Assembly: GCA_040876345.1 (NCBI GenBank)
Contig: JBBDPM010000006.1
Location: 456,547 to 520,546 of the forward strand
Reading direction: 5' to 3'
DNA from: Candidatus Woykebacteria bacterium
Lineage (GTDB): Bacteria; Patescibacteriota; Microgenomatia; Woykebacterales; RBG-16-39-9b
Length of the DNA: 64,000 bases
In this document: piece by piece, positions 47,952 to 57,679 of the stretch
Numbering within the stretch: position 1 is the first letter of the stretch
Layout of the letters: every line of letters begins with the position of its first letter
The notes under the pieces: generated by a model
Told to the model about the DNA's origin: nothing
What the model saw: the letters and a program-made list of their open reading frames with translations, nothing else
Database searches by the model: none
Position numbers and translations under genes: made by a program

Positions 47952-48587
47952 ATGACACGCGCGATCATCTTTGATTTAGATGGGGTCTTAGTTAATACCG
48001 AGCCACTTTGGTACGAGGCTTTTGAGAAAGTTTCCAGGGAATTTGGGTTTGAGTATTCAGAGGAACTTCATCGATTAAGTCTAGGGCGCTCCGATCACGC
48101 TTTGAGGTTGACTATTAAGATGGGGATTTCGGAAAAACACCCAGAGTTTTTGGAAAGAATTAGGGAAGTATTCAAGAGTCTTTTTGAAAAAAGAGCAAAA
48201 CTAATGCCAGGAGTTGTGGATCTGCTCCCAAAACTGAAAGATAAATACAAACTTGCTATTGCTACCTCAGCGTATAAGCCGCGGCTAGATTATAATCTAG
48301 AAAAATTTCCCGAGTTAAAAAAGTTTTTTGACGCTTTTGTGTCTGGTGACCTGGTAGAAAAAAGTAAACCAGCACCAGATATTTTTCTGTTGGCAGCAGG
48401 TAAACTTGGAGTAGATTCTAAAGAATGTTTAGTGATAGAAGATGCAGAGTCTGGAGTGGCGGCTGCTAAAAAAGCAGGGATGAAAGTTATTGGGGTTGCT
48501 CCGAAACATATGTTTTACCAAGATTTGTCAAAAGCAGATAAAATTGTGATCTCTCTTTCTGATATTCGCCTCACTGACTTAAAATAA
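47952..48587 (+). CDS. HAD-superfamily phosphatase (beta-PGM-like)
   Basis: FDLDGVLV, KPAPDIF and IEDAESG motifs. Confidence 0.92.
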   Translation: MTRAIIFDLDGVLVNTEPLWYEAFEKVSREFGFEYSEELHRLSLGRSDHALRLTIKMGISEKHPEFLERIREVFKSLFEKRAKLMPGVVDLLPKLKDKYKLAIATSAYKPRLDYNLEKFPELKKFFDAFVSGDLVEKSKPAPDIFLLAAGKLGVDSKECLVIEDAESGVAAAKKAGMKVIGVAPKHMFYQDLSKADKIVISLSDIRLTDLK

Positions 48588-48617
48588 TTCCCTCAAGCCA
48601 AAATTGACTATAAGACG

Positions 48618-48790
48618 TATAATTGATCTAGTTTGCGTGAAAAGCTGACAAACTACGCTGGAAGAAAGCGGGAGGTCGCGCATGAACTAGCACCTAATAA
48701 TAAGAATAAATTTGCGGAAAGGAGGCCGTATCGGAGTCCAGCAACCAACGATCGGTAAGTAACAAAAGTTCATCCGAGGAGGTTTTTTCC
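48618..48790 (+). promoter_or_regulatory. Leader with three tandem SD elements and mini-ORF M-N-stop
   Basis: TATAAT at 48618; 5' hairpin TAGTTTG/CAAACTA; GGAGGTCGCGC-ATG AAC TAG (48671-48690); AAAGGAGGCCGT (48718-48729); GAGGAGG before the ATG at 48791. Confidence 0.6.
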
Positions 48791-49627
48791 ATGGCACTTG
48801 ACTTATCCGCTGTCGGTAAGGAACTACCGCCAGCCACCTACGAGTACACTGATCGAGACGTCATTCTTTATGCCCTCGGCGTCGGCGCAACGGCTCGGGA
48901 TCTGGCGTTCGTTTACGAAAGGGGTGGCCTTCTGGCGTTGCCAACGTTCGGAGTCGTTCCGGCGTTTTCGGCGCTGACGTCGTTGGGTACGGTGCTGGAG
49001 TTCAACCCGCTATCACTGCTTCATGGTGAACAGCGCATCGAACTGCACGGGCAGATCCCGACTAGTGGGGTTCTGACTACGCAAGGCAGAATCACCGGCA
49101 TTTACGACAAGAGGAGAGGCGCTTTGGTGGTGATCGATGCCGACACGAAAGACGCAGAAGGTAGGACACTGGTCACGAATAGGTTCGGCGCGTTCATCCT
49201 TGGCGAGGGCGGTTTCGGGGGAGTGCGCGATCCGAACGCCTCAAAGCAACACGTCCTACCGACTCGTCCGCCTGACTACACGATGGCGTACAAGACTTCA
49301 CAGAACCAGGCAGTACTCTACCGACTCTCCGGCGACCTTAACCCCTTGCACATCGACCCAGGGTTCGCGAAGCTCGCGGGGTTCGAGCGGCCGATTCTGC
49401 ATGGCCTCTGCACCTTCGGTCACGTGGGGTGCGCCGTGCTGCATGCCTGCTGCGGCGGAGACCCATCGCGACTCAAGATCCTTGAAGCGCGTTTCTCCGG
49501 CGAGGTTTACCCGGGCGAGACGATCATTACGGACATCTGGCAGGATGGTTCGACAGCGATTTTGCAAGCGCGAACGGAGGAGCGTGACAAAGTCGTTATT
49601 TCGAACGCCGCCGCGACGATCGCCTAA
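48791..49627 (+). CDS. Double hot-dog (R)-specific enoyl-CoA hydratase 2 (MaoC family, MFE-2-like)
   Basis: ILYALGVG, LHGEQ, hydratase-2 motif YRLSGDLNPLHIDP and ILHGLCTFG; GC-rich. Confidence 0.92.
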   Translation: MALDLSAVGKELPPATYEYTDRDVILYALGVGATARDLAFVYERGGLLALPTFGVVPAFSALTSLGTVLEFNPLSLLHGEQRIELHGQIPTSGVLTTQGRITGIYDKRRGALVVIDADTKDAEGRTLVTNRFGAFILGEGGFGGVRDPNASKQHVLPTRPPDYTMAYKTSQNQAVLYRLSGDLNPLHIDPGFAKLAGFERPILHGLCTFGHVGCAVLHACCGGDPSRLKILEARFSGEVYPGETIITDIWQDGSTAILQARTEERDKVVISNAAATIA

Positions 49628-49754
49628 TGCTGTTCACAAAATCCCACGGGGATTACCAGAGTCACAGACTCTTGAAAAAGGAGGTGATCGGCTGAATAGC
49701 ACATAACAGTACCAAACGACTCGAGCGAGACTAGCATGAATAGGAGGCTCACCA

Positions 49755-50645
49755 ATGAACTTACTTCAGGGAAAAGTCGCCATTGTCACAGGGTCAGGTG
49801 GCGGTCTCGGTGAGCAGTACGCGCTCGCATTGGCAGGAGCTGGTGCGAGGGTGGTGGTGAACGATCCCGGCTCTGGCAGGGACGGTATAGGTGGTACCAT
49901 CACGATGGCCGACACAGTCGTGAAGAAGATAAGAGACGTCGGTGGCGAAGCTGCAGCGAACTACGATTCTGTTGCCACCATGGGAGGCGCCGAGGCCATC
50001 TTCAGCACGGCCATGGACGCCTACGGCCAGGTCGACATCCTGGTGAACAACGCCGGGATCCTCCGCGATGCGGCCTTCCACAACATGACTGAGGAAGAGT
50101 GGGACGCCGTGATAGCGGTCCACTTGAAGGGGACCTTCTGCATCACTCGCCTCGTCTTTCCTCACATGCGTGAGCGAGGGAGCGGAGTGGTCATCGGCAT
50201 CTCCTCACCCACCGGTCTCACCGGTAACTTCGGCCAGGCGAACTACGGCGCTGCCAAGGGGGGAGTCTGGGGACTCATGAATTGCCTGGCTAGGGAGGGC
50301 TATCGTAGAGGGGAGGTGGATCCCTTCGCACGCGTTTTCACTGTGGTGCCGGTGGCATTCACTCGCATGACGGCCGATCTGCCCCAGTTCAGTAGTGAGG
50401 AGGCAAAGGCCCAAACCGACCCCAAGTTCGTGGCGCCGCTGGTTGTCTACCTTGCCAGCGATTTGTCGGCAGGTATGACTGACAAGACCTTCAGCGTCAT
50501 GGGCAGCCGAATCCGGGAGATGAGGATGGTCTCCAGCCACGGCGCGACGAAGGAAGATGACGGAGGCCTCTGGAGTGCACAGGAGATCTCCAGACGAATG
50601 AGCGAGATCTTGCTCGCAGATAAAGAGGCCGCGAGCGCTGGATAA
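49755..50645 (+). CDS. SDR, MFE-2-like 3-hydroxyacyl-CoA dehydrogenase
   Basis: TGSGGGLG, VVVNDPG, NNAGILRD and GQANYGAAK motifs; GC-rich. Confidence 0.9.
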   Translation: MNLLQGKVAIVTGSGGGLGEQYALALAGAGARVVVNDPGSGRDGIGGTITMADTVVKKIRDVGGEAAANYDSVATMGGAEAIFSTAMDAYGQVDILVNNAGILRDAAFHNMTEEEWDAVIAVHLKGTFCITRLVFPHMRERGSGVVIGISSPTGLTGNFGQANYGAAKGGVWGLMNCLAREGYRRGEVDPFARVFTVVPVAFTRMTADLPQFSSEEAKAQTDPKFVAPLVVYLASDLSAGMTDKTFSVMGSRIREMRMVSSHGATKEDDGGLWSAQEISRRMSEILLADKEAASAG

Positions 50646-50655
50646 CACGGAAGAC

Positions 50656-50719
50656 AGGGGGGGGTAGCAAATCTGCTCAACGCAAGGGCGAGACCACAAG
50701 TCCGCCCTTGTTCCCCTTT
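50656..50719 (+). terminator. Branched GC-rich 3' hairpin after the SDR gene
   Basis: CAAGGGCG-AGAC/GTC-CGCCCTTG, enclosed by AGGGGGG/TTCCCCT. Confidence 0.55.
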
Positions 50720-50755
50720 GACAAACCTAAATTAAAGATTTACAATTTCCTTGAT

Positions 50756-51085
50756 ATGAAATTTAACCATGCACAATTTATTAACTCAATAACTGGTGTT
50801 TCGACTGCGGCAGGTGTGCTTTTACTTATGTATAAAAGATACGATTTAGCCGCCCTCGCCTTTACTTTGCTCTCAGCCGGTGCTGCCGGTGTCCTTTGGG
50901 AGAGATACACAAGTCGATCCGGCCACCCTTTAAGTTTAAAGGCGTTAACAACAAAGCGATTACCGGAAAGGAATGGTGAAATTGACTTTGCTCTAACTCA
51001 CTTGCCTTACCCCACACTCGCAGCTATTAGTTTTTTTCTAGCCAAGAGAAAGGCCAGGAGTAATCATGACCTCCAAGCCCTCTAA
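50756..51085 (+). CDS. Small membrane protein, hypothetical
   Basis: TTGACA-N17-TACAAT (50718-50746) places the start at MKFNH; 2-3 TM helices. Confidence 0.55.
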   Translation: MKFNHAQFINSITGVSTAAGVLLLMYKRYDLAALAFTLLSAGAAGVLWERYTSRSGHPLSLKALTTKRLPERNGEIDFALTHLPYPTLAAISFFLAKRKARSNHDLQAL

Positions 51086-51662
51086 AAAAAGAGAGCCCAC
51101 CAAGGTGCAGAAAAGACTTATCTTAGTGCATGGCTGGGAAGGAAGCCCAGAACATGGTTGGTTTCCTTGGCTTAAGGTGGAGATGGAAAAAAGAGGTTGG
51201 GAAGTGCTTGCCCCAGCAATGCCAAACACAAATGAGCCAAAAATTTACGAGTGGCTCCCCTATCTTAAACAAGTTGCTGGAGAGGTGGATGAAAGAACTT
51301 TTATGGTGGGGCATTCTCTCGGATGCATCACGATACTCAGGCTACTAGAGAATATTCCGGAAGGACAAAAAATTGGCGGCTCTGTCTTAGTAGCTGGTTT
51401 TGATAACCCACTAAAAAATAAGGAACTTGGAAACTTTTTTGAAGCCCCGATAAATTGGGTGAAGATTAAGGAAAATTGTAAAAAGTTTGTATCTATTCAT
51501 TCAGTTGACGATCCGTACGTTCCAATTGAGAACAGCATAAGCTATGAGCGTAATCTTTCCGCAAAAACGTTAAAACTTTCCGGTTGGCGCCATTTTAGCG
51601 GGGATGAAGGCACCACTTCTGTACCCCCTGTCCTCGAAGAGCTTCTTAGCATTTCAGCGTAA
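51066..51662 (+). CDS. RBBP9/YdeN-family serine hydrolase
   Basis: VHGW, WFPWL, GHSLG, DDPYVP and HF motifs. Confidence 0.92.
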   Translation: MTSKPSKKREPTKVQKRLILVHGWEGSPEHGWFPWLKVEMEKRGWEVLAPAMPNTNEPKIYEWLPYLKQVAGEVDERTFMVGHSLGCITILRLLENIPEGQKIGGSVLVAGFDNPLKNKELGNFFEAPINWVKIKENCKKFVSIHSVDDPYVPIENSISYERNLSAKTLKLSGWRHFSGDEGTTSVPPVLEELLSISA

Positions 51663-51703
51663 GTTTTTAAAATTTTCACGATCTTGTGTTAAACTAAGCC
51701 TTC

Positions 51704-52237
51704 ATGGCTAATAAATTAGAAGAAGAGGATTTAATAGAAGAAGCAAGACAAGGTAATGTTTCTTCCTTTCAGACCTTATACATGAGGTATCTTGACCCAA
51801 TCTACCGCTATTTCTTTTTTCAAACGAAAGATAAGTTTTTAGCCGAAGACCTAGCCCAGGAAGTTTTTATTAGGGTCTACCGATCAATTGGTAGTTACAA
51901 TAAGGAGAAAGGCAGCTTCACAAGCTGGCTATATCGTATTGCCCATAATTTACTAGTTGACTATTATCGGGGTAAAAAGACTCTTTCCTTGAAGGAAGGA
52001 ATCGAGGCCTCATATTCTGAGGATTGGCTTGAGAAACTTGACCGAGATGAAAAACTCCAAAAAGTAAAAGAAGCTTTAACTCTTCTGCCTTCCGATTATC
52101 ATGAAGTTGTGGTTTTACGTTTCTTCGAAGACTTAAGTGTGGAGGAAGTGGCCGAGATTGTGGGTAAGAGTGAAGAAAACGTACGTGTAATTCAGCATCG
52201 GGCTATACGTAAATTAAAAGAAGTAATCATATTATGA
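51704..52237 (+). CDS. ECF sigma factor
   Basis: AEDLAQEVF, WLYRIAHN and region-4 HTH. Confidence 0.93.
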   Translation: MANKLEEEDLIEEARQGNVSSFQTLYMRYLDPIYRYFFFQTKDKFLAEDLAQEVFIRVYRSIGSYNKEKGSFTSWLYRIAHNLLVDYYRGKKTLSLKEGIEASYSEDWLEKLDRDEKLQKVKEALTLLPSDYHEVVVLRFFEDLSVEEVAEIVGKSEENVRVIQHRAIRKLKEVIIL

Positions 52238-52920
52238 ATGATACAGAATTTATTGAGAAATTAAGAAAAATAGCTAAGATTGAACATACTGGCGCCCAAA
52301 AAGAAATTTTGTGGGGCCGGCTTTACCAATATCTAAAGACTACTAAAGTAGGTGGAGGGCTCTGGTACTTTAGTTTCCGGATTACTTATTTAGTTGCCTT
52401 AGTATTGGTAGTTCTTGCAGCATCCACCGGAATTAGTTTCGCTTCTCAAAGTTCTTTACCAGGGGAACCACTGTACTCCGTCAAACGCTTCAGTGAAGAA
52501 GCCAGGGTCTTTGTAATATTTGGGGAAAAAGCTAAGAAAAAGGAAAGAATTAAGCTTACCACCGAGCGTGTAGGTGAGGTGCAAGAACTTATCTCAAAGG
52601 ATCCTGAAAAAGCCGAAGGGTTACTAAGTGAGTACGAAGCGCAGATGGAAAACTACAAGAAGGAGTTTGCAGAAGATCCTGAACTTTCCGAAAGTCTAAA
52701 TTCGACAATTATGGTGAATAAAGACGTCTTTGTTAAAGTGGTGGAAACTGCTCCGGACCAGATAAAAATCCGCATCAGAGTGCTGATTGATGAACCTGAG
52801 GGACAAGATACAACTGAATCTGGTGGTGAGGTTGAGGGGCAGCAAACAACTAAAAAGAAACCCGAGGTCAAATCAACTGAGATTTTGGATGAGCCTTCAT
52901 CAACTGAGACAAATCGTTAG
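52234..52920 (+). CDS. Putative anti-sigma factor (TM + DUF5667-like domain)
   Basis: SLPGEPLYSVKRFSE after a TM helix; overlaps the sigma gene. Confidence 0.75.
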   Translation: MNDTEFIEKLRKIAKIEHTGAQKEILWGRLYQYLKTTKVGGGLWYFSFRITYLVALVLVVLAASTGISFASQSSLPGEPLYSVKRFSEEARVFVIFGEKAKKKERIKLTTERVGEVQELISKDPEKAEGLLSEYEAQMENYKKEFAEDPELSESLNSTIMVNKDVFVKVVETAPDQIKIRIRVLIDEPEGQDTTESGGEVEGQQTTKKKPEVKSTEILDEPSSTETNR

Positions 52921-53423
52921 TGGTATCGTTTTTCACCAGCTTTAATCTCAACGTCTAATGTATTTTCTTCTGGTGAAATGGGGCAGCGAAAGTTTTCATT
53001 GTAGGCACAATAAGGGTTGTAGGCGTAGTTGAAGTCGATATCCAACTTCCCGTTTTCCTCCTCAGCTTCAACAAACCGACCATCATGATAAGTATCAGTA
53101 CCGTTCGTTGTATCTCTAAAAGGAACAAATAGATGGCCACTATCAGTACTTTGGTAAATATTTAAAGCGACTTCTCTACCTTGTACGCTAAAACTAACCT
53201 TACCATAACGTTTATAGGGCTGAATATCGCCCACACTAGTTTTAATGTTAATAATTTCTTCAGAGGGATTTTTCGAGAGGTTTCCGGAAACCTGATAATT
53301 TGAATCCTCAGGATAATAATTTAGGCCTTTGAACTGGGCTTTTTGCTCTTGATTAAGAGGAGACTCATCTTTAGTACCGAAAAGTTCATCCTTCTCTTTT
53401 CTAAAATCTGAGAGATCGCTCAT
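52917..53423 (-). CDS. DUF1684 family protein
   Basis: PFRDTTNG and DFNYAYNPYCAYN motifs. Confidence 0.9.
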   Translation of the reverse strand: MSDLSDFRKEKDELFGTKDESPLNQEQKAQFKGLNYYPEDSNYQVSGNLSKNPSEEIINIKTSVGDIQPYKRYGKVSFSVQGREVALNIYQSTDSGHLFVPFRDTTNGTDTYHDGRFVEAEEENGKLDIDFNYAYNPYCAYNENFRCPISPEENTLDVEIKAGEKRYH

Positions 53424-53518
53424 AAATTAATTTTAGCAAAGAAAAAAAGTACAGTCCAGTAAAATAAAAAACCACAAAATTGACACGTCCAAAAAGAACT
53501 GCTAATCTTGAATTACAG

Positions 53519-55141
53519 ATGGAGCCTCAAACTGCCCAACCCCAAGCTCCCCAAAAAGCCGAGAACAAAAAAGTATTACTATTGTTATTAGCTTTATTGG
53601 GATTATTAGTAATTGGGTTTCTAGGATACCTTATTTTCGCAAGGCAAAGTGAAAAAGAGCCCACCTCAAGAGTGGTGACTGGACTTTCTAGAGATTCAAT
53701 AGTAATTGGCCAAAGAAGCGCTGTTACTGGTGTATTTCCCGATTCGGCCCCAGAATTCTACAGTGTTGTTTTCAACAATCATATTTTTGAAGGCCTTGGT
53801 AGAATTGTAGACGGTGAGCCAAAACCGGCTCTTGCCACAAGCTGGACAAACCAAGATAAGAACACTTGGCGGTTTATGATTAGAAAAGGAGTAAAATTTC
53901 ACAACGGTAATACCTTAACCGCAGATGATGTTAAATTTAGCATTGACGAAGCTCTCAAAAACAATTGGCCCAACGCTTTTAACTTAGGTACCGTAAAATC
54001 TGTCACGGTCGTTGATGATTTCACAGTTGATATAAAGACAAATGGACCAGATCCTGTCCTTCTTAACCGGCTTGTTTACGCTTTTGTAGTTTCCGAGAAA
54101 CAATTCAAGGAGAAGGGTGATAAACCTGCAGTTGGCACAGGCCCCTATAAATTCGTGGGCCTTAATAAAAGTGAAGCTATCCTTGAGTCTAATGGAGATT
54201 ATTACTTAGGCCAGCCAAAGATAAAGAAAGTAACCTGGAAGTTTTTGCCAAATGCTTCAACCGACGAAAAGTTAGTAGAGGCAGTGAAGAATGGCGAGGT
54301 GGATATTATAGCTATAAGAGGTAAAAACCTGGGGAACGCTGTTGGCAGTGGATATCAAGTGAAAACCTTGGCAGATCCATTCATCACCTTCCTTTGGTTA
54401 GATACTGCAAGAGACAAAAGCCCTTACATCAGTAAAAGCCCAAGCCCCCTTAAAAACAAATTGGTTCGTGAGGCGATGTACAAAGTGGTGGATATAAACA
54501 GGATAATCGAAAGCTCGGAGATTGCGGGAGTAGCCGCCTCGCAATTTGTTACTGAAGATATTTTTGGTTACAATCCGGACGTTAAAAGGCCCGAACCAAA
54601 TGTAGAAGAAGCTAAGAATCTTATGAAACAAGCAGGTTTACCAGATGGTTTTAGCTTGACCGTTGATCTTGAAGACGCGGCAGAGCCTGTTTTTGAGCCA
54701 ATAATAAAGGAGCTTGCGAAAATAAATGTTAAGGTTAAGCTGAATCCAATTAGTTTTGATGATCTAGGTAAAAAAGTATTCGAGACTAAAGACACTTCAG
54801 CCTTTATTTTGGAGTATGGAGCGGAAACGTTTGACGCAGGAGAAATATTCTTAAACGTGTTACATACCCCCGGAGGTGGTTTTGGCGGTGATAATTTTCT
54901 CAAGTTTAACAATCTAGAGATTGATAAATTAGCGGAGGAAATTGCCACAACTTTTGAGTCGAGATCAAGAAGAGAAAAACTGCAAGAGACAACAAAGAAA
55001 GCGGTGGTAGAGCTCCCGATGATCCCGCTTTTCAGCACAAAGTTTACTTATATTTTCCGTGACAATTTTGATTGGACTCCCACTTCCTTTGGAGCAATTT
55101 ACGTTAATGAAATTTCCGGAAGAGAAATTGTTACAGAGTAG
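53519..55141 (+). CDS. Orphan family-5 (peptide/nickel) solute-binding protein with TM anchor
   Basis: PALATSW, GVKFHNG, TADDVKFS and GTGPYK motifs. TTGACA-N17-TAATCT at 53480 supports a start at 53519. Confidence 0.88.
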   Translation: MEPQTAQPQAPQKAENKKVLLLLLALLGLLVIGFLGYLIFARQSEKEPTSRVVTGLSRDSIVIGQRSAVTGVFPDSAPEFYSVVFNNHIFEGLGRIVDGEPKPALATSWTNQDKNTWRFMIRKGVKFHNGNTLTADDVKFSIDEALKNNWPNAFNLGTVKSVTVVDDFTVDIKTNGPDPVLLNRLVYAFVVSEKQFKEKGDKPAVGTGPYKFVGLNKSEAILESNGDYYLGQPKIKKVTWKFLPNASTDEKLVEAVKNGEVDIIAIRGKNLGNAVGSGYQVKTLADPFITFLWLDTARDKSPYISKSPSPLKNKLVREAMYKVVDINRIIESSEIAGVAASQFVTEDIFGYNPDVKRPEPNVEEAKNLMKQAGLPDGFSLTVDLEDAAEPVFEPIIKELAKINVKVKLNPISFDDLGKKVFETKDTSAFILEYGAETFDAGEIFLNVLHTPGGGFGGDNFLKFNNLEIDKLAEEIATTFESRSRREKLQETTKKAVVELPMIPLFSTKFTYIFRDNFDWTPTSFGAIYVNEISGREIVTE

Positions 55142-55187
55142 CCTATTCTGAATTCCTCATTTCTTTGTGCTAAACTTAGTTTAATTG

Positions 55188-56663
55188 ATGCTCCAATTGC
55201 CTAAGTTTGTACTCAAATCACTACGGGTTAAGTTCGCCTTGGTATTACTTATTATCTTGTTTTTGGTTTTTTCTGTTTCCTCTGGAGTGTTAATTTACAG
55301 AAGCCTAGTGGCTGAGAGAGCTAATCTAATTGATCAAGCAAGAGCTTTTGCTAAATTAAGTGCGAAACCAATTGGCAACACCTATTCCCTCTATTACGAT
55401 TCGGGGTATTTAAAGTTTAAAGGGTTAATCGGCGAAACCTTATCGTTAAATACAGATATTGAAAAAATAGAGATAATTTCAGTAACCGGTGATATTTTAT
55501 TTGATTCCAAGGACTTAAAAACTGGTAAGAGAGCTGAAATTTGGAAGACTGAAGATAAAAATATTTTAGATAAGGTAGCCGCAAATGTAGGTAGCGAGGT
55601 TCCACTACGCACAAAAACTTCTACTCCCAACCAATTAATCGAACCTTACATTGAAGATTTCGGAGCGCATCCGTTCTCAATAAGATATTTTTTGTCCTAC
55701 GATTCTATCTCCCAAAATGTTCTCTATACTATATTAACTACTCTTCTACTAAGCTCGATCTTTTTTATTGGTTCCATTATTCTAATAGTTTTGGTGGTTA
55801 ACAGGACAATTTTGAACCCAATCGAGATGGTTATTAAGGGCGCTAAAAAAATAAGTTCTGGTGATTTATCCCACGCTATAAAAGTTAACACTAATGATGA
55901 GGTTGAGGATCTTGCAGTTGCGGTAAACCAAATGGCTCAAACACTGAAGAAGAACATTGAGGATTTAAAGGAATTGGATAGACTTAAAGATGAATTTGTG
56001 TTTCTTGCATCCCATAACCTTCGGACTCCATTAACAATAATTAAAGGTTACGTTAGCTCTTTACTGGAGGAGACGTCTCTTGTAAAGGCAGATCGAGATA
56101 AAATTAGCAAAATCTCAGACAGTACTCGTCAACTTGAATCAATGGCGGAGACACTTCTGAGTTTGGTTTCTTTAGAGAAGGGACAGGAGGTTTTGAAAAA
56201 AACACAAGTAGATTTGGGTAAACTTCTCGAAGAAATTGCGGGTAAATTTGGTAAAGAAACAGCCAAGAAAAAGATAAGTTTTATATTTGAACTACCTTCT
56301 GATCCTGTCCCACAGGTGGCAGTCGAAAAAAACCGAATCACCCAGGCGTTTGCGAGCCTAATCGATAACGCTATTAAGTTTAATAAGGAAGGAGGTAAGG
56401 TAACTGTAAGGATTGAAAAAAGGGAGAAAGAGCTTGTCGTTTCTGTAAAAGATGAAGGAATTGGAATACTCGAGAAAGAGAAGGACAAAGTTTTCAAAAA
56501 GTTTCATAGAGCGACTGATGTTCTAACTTATAATTATGGAGGAATTGGTCTTGGTCTTTACTTGACTAAGCTAATTACCGAGGCCCACGGTGGGCGAATT
56601 TGGTTTGATTCCAAGGTTGGAGAAGGCTCCAGTTTCTATATAAGCCTTCCCCTTAGTTCTTAG
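55188..56663 (+). CDS. HAMP-domain sensor histidine kinase
   Basis: Two TM helices, HAMP, H-box ASHNLRTPL, NAIKF, DEGIG and GLGLY. Confidence 0.93.
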   Translation: MLQLPKFVLKSLRVKFALVLLIILFLVFSVSSGVLIYRSLVAERANLIDQARAFAKLSAKPIGNTYSLYYDSGYLKFKGLIGETLSLNTDIEKIEIISVTGDILFDSKDLKTGKRAEIWKTEDKNILDKVAANVGSEVPLRTKTSTPNQLIEPYIEDFGAHPFSIRYFLSYDSISQNVLYTILTTLLLSSIFFIGSIILIVLVVNRTILNPIEMVIKGAKKISSGDLSHAIKVNTNDEVEDLAVAVNQMAQTLKKNIEDLKELDRLKDEFVFLASHNLRTPLTIIKGYVSSLLEETSLVKADRDKISKISDSTRQLESMAETLLSLVSLEKGQEVLKKTQVDLGKLLEEIAGKFGKETAKKKISFIFELPSDPVPQVAVEKNRITQAFASLIDNAIKFNKEGGKVTVRIEKREKELVVSVKDEGIGILEKEKDKVFKKFHRATDVLTYNYGGIGLGLYLTKLITEAHGGRIWFDSKVGEGSSFYISLPLSS

Positions 56664-57381
56664 GTACGTAAGTTAAGGGGTTCACCACCTTACCTTCGTT
56701 ATAAACCTCAAGGTGAAGGTGGGCTCCAGTCGCGAAACCAGTGGCCCCAACCAAGCCGATAACAGTCTCATTTGTTACCTTACTACCCTTTTTAACCAAA
56801 ATTTTTGATAAATGAGCGTATCGGGAAGAAAAGCCTGCTTTGTGCTTTATTACCACACTGTATCCATACCCACCGTCCCAGCTTGCTAGTGTTACTTCTC
56901 CAGAAGCAATTGGTTTTACCCTTGATCCGTACGGATTAGGAATATCGATTGCTGGGTGGACATACCAAAAACCTTGAGATATAGCGCCTTTGACAGGGCG
57001 TTGAAATATTGGGGCTTCAGACGCAACTACAGAGGCGCGAAATGAATTTTGGCTTTGGATCTCAGCCGCAGATTTGGTTGCTACTGAGATAGGTAAAATC
57101 GGTAATACTTGAAATGCCGAAAAACCAAGTACGAAAAATCCAAAGATATACTCTCCTAAGAGCTTATGTACTTTTTTTAAATATTTTTTAGACCAATGGA
57201 ATAATTCCCCACCGGAAATAAAAGCATCCGCAACAATTAATCTGGAATCAAACCCAGTCTTACGGATACGGTGAGGTGAGATATAAATTCGGCTAAAGTG
57301 TCTATTGAATTGTCCATTACGCTGGGGCAGAGAGCGTCCCTCGATAAGATCGGGATGTCTCTGGTTTAACATAACCCCCAC
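56653..57381 (-). CDS. M23 metallopeptidase
   Basis: HPAID, YAHL and HLHLE motifs; start uncertain. Confidence 0.88.
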   Translation of the reverse strand: MGVMLNQRHPDLIEGRSLPQRNGQFNRHFSRIYISPHRIRKTGFDSRLIVADAFISGGELFHWSKKYLKKVHKLLGEYIFGFFVLGFSAFQVLPILPISVATKSAAEIQSQNSFRASVVASEAPIFQRPVKGAISQGFWYVHPAIDIPNPYGSRVKPIASGEVTLASWDGGYGYSVVIKHKAGFSSRYAHLSKILVKKGSKVTNETVIGLVGATGFATGAHLHLEVYNEGKVVNPLTYVPKN

Positions 57382-57403
57382 CGAAGCTTTAGCGAAGGTG
57401 GGG
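57376..57403. repeat. REP-like palindrome
   Basis: CCCCACC-GAAGCTTTAGCGAA-GGTGGGG. Confidence 0.45.
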
Positions 57404-57474
57404 AATCAAAAAATCTCCCACTACTTTGGGAGACAAATGTATTTTATCAGACTATGAGACAAATGTCAAATTTT

Positions 57475-57548
57475 TGGAGGCGCGGAGGGGATTCGAACCC
57501 CTGTGATAGGTTTTGCAGACCCATGTCTAGCCACTCGACCACCGCGCC
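57475..57548 (-). tRNA. tRNA-Cys(GCA)
   Basis: GGCGCGG...TGGGT-CTGCAAA-ACCTA...GTTCGAATC...CCGCGCC-TCCA. Confidence 0.96.
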
Positions 57549-57679
57549 AGCGAAAATGAATCTAGATTATAACATAACTTTCAGCGGTAAATGTAGGCTG
57601 CTAGCCCGCAAGTGTAATCTTGAATGGATGTATGTTATTACTTGCCCAAATTGGATGGGATCTATAATTGAGTTCAGAT

